From Octopus sinensis (Eukaryota), in the NCBI RefSeq assembly GCF_006345805.1, contig NC_043012.1, forward strand, positions 47,740,001-47,804,000: DNA of 64,000 nt, given 5' to 3'. The notes beneath the pieces were generated by a model. The model did not search any database. It was given only the letters and a program-made list of their open reading frames with translations, and was not told the DNA's origin. Below are positions 55,051 to 64,000 of this stretch, piece by piece; positions within the stretch are counted from its first letter, which is position 1, and each line of letters starts with the position of its first letter. The position numbers were made by a program, and so were the translations under genes.

Positions 55051-55428
55051 TACTACCGCGCCGTTTCTTTTATCCGGTAAATATTGGCACAATTCTTGTC
55101 CGCCTGTAATTTATAAATCACTGATCTGAGACTCCGTTCACTGATCTGAGGCTCGTCTACTGGATAGAATATGTAGTATACGATCATAAGTCCTTCATCG
55201 CAGAATCATCAGCAAGCGTTAGGATAGTGGGGTCATACAGGTCTGACTTGCCATATAGGCAAACAGGCATGTTTCACAGCTATACATCACTTCTCAATTT
55301 CACGACAGAATGGACTTCGTTAAAACAACAATAAAGAATTATTAGACAGGTTTACAGTTACTAACATGCCAAGGACTCACACTTTTCAGTTCTTTGTGTG
55401 CTTGGCTCCTAGCTGTTAATTAATAAAA

Positions 55429-55930
55429 ACTAGCACTATAACCCGGCGTTGCCGGGTCTAGTGCTGGTGCTTGTTGTTCGTTGCCGGGTCGCAGTAAAAA
55501 TTTCTCACTAAAATCAAGAGCTAAGTTTCTTATCACATTTCCGCCTGGGCCAGTTTTGTTGTTTATGAGCTAGTTGGAGCTTTTTATGCGAGTAATTAAT
55601 ATTCACTGGACTTCGGTTTTCACACCTGGAACAGCATAATCATGGAAAATTAGCGGGACTGTGCACATGCCATTAGTCGGACAAAAAAGGAGGCAGAAGA
55701 AAGCAAAAAACTCGAATTTAGCCGCAAAATAACATATGTGCATAAGGGGTCGGTTTATCGATTTTTCGATGGCTTTCTGTGGTGACTGGGAAAATGAAAA
55801 GATCTTCACGACCACCCTCAGACGGTTTTGAAAGCCCATAGAAAATGCGAGCGTTTTACGTGAAGAACTGTGAATTTGTATAAAGGACACACAGATACAC
55901 AGACATTTTGCCGTTTATAGATATAGAGAT
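55429..55930 (+). mobile_element. non-autonomous Helitron/Helentron-like element
   Basis: 5' ACTAGCACTATAACCCGGCGTTGCCGGGTCTAGTGCT hairpin as at 26221; 3' TTTATAGATATAGAGAT. Confidence 0.55.
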
Positions 55931-56999
55931 ATTCCTAATTTAAATACAAAGGAGGATAATCAACAGTATTTACTAACTTGTCTATAGGGAATACCTATAC
56001 TCAGTAACCTCAGTATTAAAAGCAACTAAGCATGCATATTACGATTTATTTTGGATGATAGAAATAACGGAAACTGACAATAAAACAAAGCAGATTGTTT
56101 AAAATTCTAGAGAGAGAGCGTGTATTCCACATTATTTTTGCTACTAAATGTTTAACAGATGCGCTTCCTTAACTGTACTATCAGTCTCTTGGCCCGTATA
56201 TCTGCCGCTACAATAGATCACTGCTCCTGAATTATCATGTGACTTTGAAGGGTGAATATGATCCGCAATCCATCAGAAGTCATTCCTCTTTCCCCTTGCT
56301 CTTGTATCGAACTGAAACGAATTACAAAATATAAACGAGTATTTATCTCTCGAAAACTTTCCTTGGAATTTTATCACCTAATCCAAATGACACTACCATA
56401 CACCGTGCTTTGCTCGACCTATAAGATTCTTCCGCTTACACTTGATGGATGCTTCTTTAGTTAATTTTTTAATGCATACATAATACATCTTTTTTATGAG
56501 GCTGGGCTATATCAATCCCCTCATTGTCCACCTCATTGTTCAATTTGAGGAATGTTACGTGTACAAGGTATCTGAATCCCATATTTGACTTGCTCACTTG
56601 ACCACGAATATAATTATAATGGTCATTTTGGCAGCAACATTTTTAATGCTGGTCACTGCTGTAATCAATCTTGCTGGTAAGCACGTCGTCAAATATCATA
56701 AAAAAGCTTAATAAACATCATTAAAATTTGTTTCGAAATGTTACACATTCTTTTATAATGGTTTTCTCCATTGTAATTACCCGTGCATCTGTGCGCACGC
56801 GAGTATTTTCTGTACTTTCCGTGCCGTTAAAAAGGTTTTGTTTGTTTCAGGAGGCAAACAATTTTTTTTCCGTCAACGAATCACAAAATATAAGCTACGT
56901 TAATGCAGATACACTAATTTCATTCGTTTCCAATATGCTGTCAAAGAAAATTTAATTCTGGAAAAGACCGCAAAAATTTATCAGCGCCTCTGTTCTCCC

Positions 57000-57750
57000 T
57001 CACTTGATCTCCTTCTGCTCTAGAATTCTTTTTCGCTATATCTTGACTTAGCGTTATCGACACTTGCCCTTTCCAAGACTAGCCACAATCGGTTGTTGAG
57101 GTTATCCTCGTCAACCTCCTTAGTCACAATGAACTTGGCACGCTGAGGAAGACAAGTTCGGCTTCCAGCAACCGGGATCCTGCCTATTCACCCTAACTTG
57201 GTCGACAAATCACAAATTATGTTTGGTGTAGTCGACCGATTGCAATTGTAGGCACTCAAGGCTATTCCTATCTGCTGATCTAGAGAATACTCTTTCACCT
57301 AGACCCACACATTCCAAACGTGCGTCGAAGGCAGGTTTCTAATCGCCAACTAATACTAAAGAGCAGGACGTTTAAGGGGAAACCTTTTGACGACTGAAGA
57401 AATTTGACATGAAAGTACTCCCTTTACAGCCGTACACATCCAGGATAATCAATGTACCGTCGAGAGTACCCCAGTTCATAATCCTCTAACACTGCCACTC
57501 TGTCTTTCATTCTAGTTTGGCTCAAAGCTGTGTAAAGCTCAAACCATTCAGAAATGGCTTTTCTGATCGTTATCACACGCATAGCTAGTGACCTCATGCC
57601 ATTGAGCAGGTATCTCTGCATCCAGAGTTACTCAAGGTCATATTCATTTTGACAACCCTCTCTTAAAGCGGCAATATTGGTAGGAAAGAACAGAAGAAAA
57701 TGATATCACTTATCTTGATGAATTTTCTTTGCGTCAAACTCACTTCTCAG
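57000..57750 (+). mobile_element. very decayed CR1/L2-like LINE RT fragment
   Basis: Remnants resembling QFGF (~57155) and GVPQ (~57465) in the expected order. Confidence 0.35.
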
Positions 57751-58083
57751 TGTGGTGTTCAATAGGAAAACAATGAGGTAGACTGTTCCAGGCTGAAATG
57801 ATGGGGTTCACAGCGTCATGTTGTAAACTTATTTTCCTTCCTCAGTTAATTCGCAGCCATACGAATTTCACTTCTCAAGAACCTCCACTGTGCTTTCATT
57901 GAAAGTCCTTACCTCTGTCCTCGTCTTCACTCTGTGCTATGTAAGGTAGTATTTCTTTGTTCATTATTTTTAATATCACAAAGTTCAAAGCAGGCGCAAT
58001 TTGTTGTTGCTATTGTGGGTGGAGTGTATTTAGATGTTGTTGTTTTGTGCTTAGTTCCTTTACATTATTTATTTATCTTACTT

Positions 58084-58295
58084 GTTAGCACGCCGGGCGA
58101 AATGCGTAGCCGTAATATCGTTTGCCGTTACGTTTTGGGTTCAAATTCCGCCGAGGTCGACTTTGCCTTTCATCCTTTTGGGGTCGATAAATTAAGTACC
58201 AGTTCCGCACTGGGGTCGACGTAATCGATTTAATCTGTTTGTCTGTCCTTGTTTGTCCCCTCTGTGTTTAGCCCCTTGTGGGTAGTAAAGAGATA
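58084..58295 (+). mobile_element. tRNA-derived SINE
   Basis: GTTAGCACGCCGGGCGAAATGC...GGGTTCAAATTCCGCCGAGGTCGACTTTGCC (B-box-like). Confidence 0.8.
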
Positions 58296-58432
58296 TATAG
58301 ATATATCTTGCTTTCCTTGACCCTTTACCTCATTACCAGAGATATGATCGAAAATTTCGGAGTCAGGCAAGAGAAAGAGCATCTCTTTTGCGTGTGTAAA
58401 AGAGTTCTTGCACTAGTAGGGAATAAAGACAG

Positions 58433-58478
<46 letters not shown>

Positions 58479-59371
58479 TGCTGGGTTGGAATACCATCTA
58501 CGTGGGGATTTTTGTCAGTCATTATTTTTGCCGCATTAGCTGTCATTAGTGGCGAATTGAATATCCATGTTATTATTGTTGCTGCTCTTACTGTTTACAA
58601 AGAGTATGATACGGTTATAGGATATAAATCGCTATGATTATTTTGTTGCTGAGATTGTTAATGTTGGTCAGAAGCTATTACTATTGCTATTGCTTCTGTT
58701 TTTGTACAATTTTGCCGTTGTTGGAGAGATGGTCTCTTTTCTTATTTTTGGTTGTGGGTGCAGAAAAGGTCTGAAATTATCTATTGAGCCACAGATTGTA
58801 GTATCAAGGTCATCTGTTCTACACTATTCCCCTTAGTACCGTTCCATTCAGTTGGGAGTTATGTGGTTCTTTCTTGATGATCAGCCTTTACGAAGAAAAA
58901 AAACATAATCTGTGATCCAAGCTCGTTCTTCCTCCTTTTCTTCACATTAAGTAAAGTTTCTTTATCATCCAATAAAATGCATGCCAATATCTATGAGTGA
59001 CAGCTCTAGTGGGACCTGTGGTAGTGTTACATTTCTACGTAAATACATGAAGATATTGAAGTCCTCAGTATGGTAGGCGAACGCTGAAATTTACATTGCC
59101 GGAGCTCCAACCTTAAATCATGCCGCTAAACCCCGCTAAGCCTCTATGCCGCTAAACTACCTTGTTTAGATATATGTTTGATATCAGTCCTTACTTCAGG
59201 AGGAAACCACTTTACTTAAGTGTTAGTGTATGTTAAGCGGCGAGGAGGCTTTAAACTCTTTCGGCGATATATAACAGCCTTTCTAGCATCTACAGCTAGA
59301 GATCCTGCCGTTTAACCGTTAATTTTCCCAAATCCAACGGCTCGTTGTAATGTATCCCTTTTATCTTTTAG

Positions 59372-59483
59372 GGATATATTGTATTATTCCCCTGTGGAGA
59401 CTACTTCGGCAAAAGAAGCCATGATATTGTTGCTGCTTTCGCTAACGTTGCAAATATCCCACAAATCCCACCTTATAATCTTT
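59372..59483 (+). CDS. candidate internal exon, possible ANF-receptor/periplasmic-binding type I domain fragment
   Basis: Strong acceptor TATCCCTTTTATCTTTTAG|G, donor T|GTAAGA; encodes GYIVLFPCGDYFGKRSHDIVAAFANVANIPQIPPYNL. Family resemblance judged by eye only. Confidence 0.4.
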
Positions 59484-60479
59484 GTAAGAAGCAGAACATT
59501 GAATAATATACGCTGAACCCGACAAATGAACGGTATTGTAACAGCTGGTTTGCCTTTGATCCCATTGTTCTTTATCAGAGCTGATCTGGGAAACAATAAA
59601 AAAAAAAAAATAAAGTGATTGGGTTAGTGATAGCAAAAAATTAATGCAAACTAGATGTTATTCACAAACGTGAAAAAGTTGTCTCCAAACTATATCAATC
59701 CCTTCTGAACAACAGTACATTGTTCGGAAAAAATAAAAGGAAGAGCAATCAAGTTATGAAAAGCTATGGAATCTTGTAAAAATCATATGTGAATATGTGA
59801 TACAGAGCTATTAACTATTCACATAATAACAGTAAGATTACGAGAGCAAATAGTAATATAAAGTAATACATCTAGCAAATATTCAAGCCCACACATCTCA
59901 CACAGAAGTAAATAAAGAGATGTACAGCAGTAGAAGCGTTGAATAATAGTAATAATAATAACAACAACAACAACAGCTGCAACAGCAGAAATAGAAGTAA
60001 ATACAACGACAACAACAACAATATTAATAATAATAATAATGATAATAATAAAAATAACGATAACAATAATAATAATAATAATAACGAAATATAAAAAAAA
60101 AACATGACAAATAGATGAGGACACATTAATAAAGATAAAAAGAGCCCAGGCGATGCATTTCAGCACTTTTAGATATTTAAGAAAATAGCAATACAAGTTC
60201 CCTCGTGCAATCAGCGTAGCTCCCTTTATATGAATTGAACACATCAAACAAACGCAAAAAACAGTGCGTGCATAAATGGCGTATGTAGATGAGATTTGTG
60301 CTGTACTGCATAAGAAGCAGCACATTGAAAGGAGATTTAAAAAAATAATACAATAATGCCCGTTTCAACTACACATCTGACAAAATATATCTAATGGAAA
60401 GTTGGAAAGCAGTAGCGTTTCTATACTTAGTTGCTTGTTTGGTTATTTCACTCATTTTATTTTTCACTCCATCCACAAG

Positions 60480-60639
60480 ACAGCTTCTTTACATATGTGT
60501 GTATGTGTGCGTGTGTTTATGTTTTTGGATGTGTGTATGGATGCGGCTTGGTCTCATGCCTGTGTGTGTGTCTTTGTGCGCGTACGCATTTGTATGTGTG
60601 TAGGGGTGGGATGGTGTTTGCGTGTGCGTGTGTGTGTGT

Positions 60640-60677
<38 letters not shown>

Positions 60678-60750
60678 GTGTGTGTGCGTGTGTGTGTGTC
60701 TGTGTGCGCGTACGCATTTGTATGGGGTGGAATGGTGTTTGTGTGAGTGT

Positions 60751-60798
<48 letters not shown>

Positions 60799-61091
60799 AT
60801 TTTATTAAATACGTTTCCACGTCAAGATCTCTGCTGTCAAAGTGAAATTCTGATCGTTTGACAGATATTTTAGTGTTAACACATTTCCGCCGGAAATTCG
60901 GGATTAATCGCGATCACTGTGAACATGTTTTTCTTACTGTATATCCTCACTATACTCGATCTCTCCTTCTCTCTCTCTCTCACTCACTCTCTCCATCTCA
61001 TTACCTCTCCATTTCTCTATATATCTATCTATCTGTCTGCCTATCTATCTATATATATATCTATCTAATTATCTATCTATATATTCTTCAT

Positions 61092-61170
<79 letters not shown>
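60480..61170. repeat. (GT)n, (CT)n, (CTAT)n, (CA)n microsatellite field
   Basis: Read directly from sequence. Confidence 0.95.
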
Positions 61171-61209
61171 CTTTCAGTGAAACATTTAGACCAACGTATG
61201 TGTATATAT

Positions 61210-61590
61210 AGGTGCAGGCGTGGCTGTGCAGTAAGCTTGCTTCTCAACCTCATGGTTTTGCAGGCGTGGCAGCTTCTCAGCCTCATGGTTTTGAGTTCAG
61301 TCCCACTGCGTGGCTCCTTGGGTTAGTGTCTTCTACTATAACCACGGACGGACAAAAGCCTATTGAGTGGATTTAGTAGACGGAAACTGAAAGAAGCCCG
61401 TCGCATATATATATATATGTATATATCTATGTGTGTGATTTTTGTCTCTGTTTGTCCCCTCGTCATCGCTAGCTAACCGGTGTTGGTGTGTTTATAACGC
61501 TTATATAATAGCGGTTCGGCAAAGTGACTGATAGTATAAGAACTATGTTTCAAAAATAATTCCTGGGCGCGACTTGTTCGACTAAATCTC
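61210..61590 (+). mobile_element. tRNA-derived SINE with partially duplicated head
   Basis: GCAGGCGTGGC...GCTTCTCA.CCTCATGGTTTTG occurs twice; body matches 32625-33015. Confidence 0.75.
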
Positions 61591-62251
61591 TTGGATGACT
61601 GTCTTAATTTCGTTCCCTTATGATAGAGACAAGGAATTCTGTCTTCTTTTTAATTCTGAACCATTTTTATACTTTTTCTAAAAATCCCCTTGTAAACGCG
61701 GTTATAGAGCGTTCATATGGATGTAAGCATTGGTAGAAACACACCTTTAGTTCATATAAGTGAAATCTATCATGATATATAATTTAAACATTGATTTTCT
61801 TCTTACATGTCACTTTCACTAGTTATATCTTTTCCCAAGAGTTTAGGGTTTTATTCAATTTCCATATCGTTCTATACTTCTTATTTAAATAGGTTTCTGA
61901 TTTTTTCTTTCCTTTACACCTCCAATTTATATAGACTACCTTTGACGTTATATCCTCTAAAGTGTTATTTAAAAAAAATTAATAGCGTTCAGATCTTCAA
62001 TTTACATATCTATCATATTCTGTTAAAATGTCTCACTGACGAGTTTTATTTCTTCATTTCCATGAAGAGATTACATTGTTTTACACCATTTTATTCCTTT
62101 GGGGTAATACCAATGATATCTTCGAAACATGTGTCGGAAGTAAAAGAATTTGTATAGCAACTACATTTAACTCCGTTAATATATATATATGTAGATATAT
62201 GTGTGCGTGTGTGTGTGCGTGTGTGCGGGCGTGTGCGTGTGTGTATATATG

Positions 62252-62284
<33 letters not shown>

Positions 62285-62689
62285 AAGCGCGCTTTAACAG
62301 TGAACATAGATGAGTGGTTGAGAATTTTGCTTGTCATCAATGTGATTTCGGTTTAAATGACAAGGTACGCCTCAATGGACGAGTGCCTTCAACGAAAGCT
62401 TAGGGTTGAACAAAATAAAAAAATCCAAGCCAATGATTGTGGCACATGCATATGTTCGCGTCCGCTTTTCATTATGTCTAATACCTATATGTCCCAGCAA
62501 TGCAGAGGTTCCACAAAGATATACATTGTCTTTATATTCTAAATGAATGAATGAATATTCTACTATGAGCATCCCATGCATTGCTGCAGTCCAGAAGCAA
62601 GGGAGTATATATTTGCATATATAATATGCATACATTCAAATATGAGTGTCTGTGTAGATTACACATACTAGCCAATATATATATATATA

Positions 62690-63700
62690 TATATATATGT
62701 ACATACTTACATCTGTACGTATATACATATGCATATGTGGGAACAGGACGTCTGAGAATGTAAACAACATAAAAACACGTAAACATGATATACCAAATAC
62801 AAATATAAAGAATATGGACTTCTTTTTCCAACAACGAAAGAAACAAATGGAAAACAAGACAAGTAGCATAACGAAGGACCCTTCATCAGCTGTCGGCTGT
62901 TTTTCTAATTCGTATTTCGAACAATTCAACAGCAAGACACGCCTTCGATAAAACAGTTGCTCTCACAAAGCAAATTAAATAAAATTTGGGATTTTGCAGA
63001 GCGTCAAAAGTTTTACCAAAACAGGACATTAAAACAAAAAGGAGGGGTGCTAAACCTAAACGAAGTGAGGTGGTGAACGCAGAGAAACAAGCTTGGACAG
63101 ACGACAAATAAGAATGGGTCTGATTCCTCCAGCTACAACAGAAAAAAGAAAGAAACACAAGTTAGGAAAAGAAAGAAAGAAAGATAGCCGATGGTCACGT
63201 GAGAGCCACATGAGCAAAGGAGGAAGAGTGAGGAAGAGAGAGTGGGAGACAGAGAACTGTCAAGAGGAGAGAAAAAGATCTGGAGAAAGGATAAGAGAGA
63301 AAAACAAGAGGGGGAGAATCTGAGGTAAAAGAATAAGAAAAAGGAAGAGAGAAAACGAAAGAGTACCAGGATAGAATAGAGTGATGCATCAGAATTATTA
63401 AGATGAAACTTACTTGGAAAAGGATGTGTGGCGTTTAATCATATGATAATATAAATAATATATATATGCATATATACATATGTATATCTACATACATCTA
63501 TACATATATACATATGCATATGTGGGTACAGGACATTATGGAATGTAAACAACATAAAAAATAAAAAAACATGAAATACGAAATACGAATACATGGAATA
63601 TGAAACCTTTTTGCAACAACAAAAGAAACAAATGGAAAACAAGACAAGTAACATAACGAACGACCCTTCACCAGTTGTCGGCTGTTTTTCCAATCTGTAT
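62690..63700. repeat. two diverged direct copies of a ~220-bp repeat (62690-62915 and 63470-63700)
   Basis: Shared CATATGCATATGTGGG.ACAGGAC and AAAGAAACAAATGGAAAACAAGACAAGTA.CATAACGAA.GACCCTTCA.CAG.TGTCGGCTGTTTTTC; each starts at a (TA)n tract. Confidence 0.85.
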
Positions 63701-64000
63701 ATATGCATAAAAATATGCCACAGGACCTCCCACAATTAAACAAAATATCTATGCATTGTTCAAGCCAAATCAGGTTACCTGTGAAGAAAACCAAGAAAAT
63801 CAAACAATACCAAAGTAAGTGATCCCCACGATCTACGCATCCACAAATATAGTCCACTTTACAATAATGGAAGGCAACCCAGAATAACGAGACTAGGATG
63901 TAAAAAATTCCCAATCGAGAATAATATATATATTCTCATCATCAGCTGACAAAACGGATATCACTATGCTTGTGACACCTGTCCGATACAATTCAATCCG

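Overview
AT-rich eukaryotic (animal) genomic DNA made almost entirely of microsatellites and decayed transposons. The SINE, LINE and microsatellite content looks like an octopus-type cephalopod genome (inference from repeat families recalled from memory, not searched). Most ORFs in the supplied track are translations of (CA)n/(TA)n/(AAT)n repeats. Supported elements: several Penelope-like retroelements (PLEs), including one apparently full-length plus-strand RT+GIY-YIG element (~15.9-18.9 kb) and two minus-strand Neptune-like elements (~19.7-23.4 kb, ~44-45.2 kb); R4/Dong-like, RTE-like and L1/Tx1-like LINE fragments; three mariner relics; MITEs; Helitron-like elements; many tRNA-derived SINEs; several local tandem duplications. 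No rRNA, true tRNA gene or CRISPR array was found, and no host gene could be called with confidence (only candidate exons). The most interesting signal is a set of minimal type I hammerhead ribozyme motifs at PLE ends. It includes a near-perfect 493-bp palindrome with one hammerhead on each strand, a diverged paralogue at 5.9 kb with compensatory stem changes, and a U3-A8 core variant at the end of the Neptune-like element. Boundaries of degenerate repeats are approximate.
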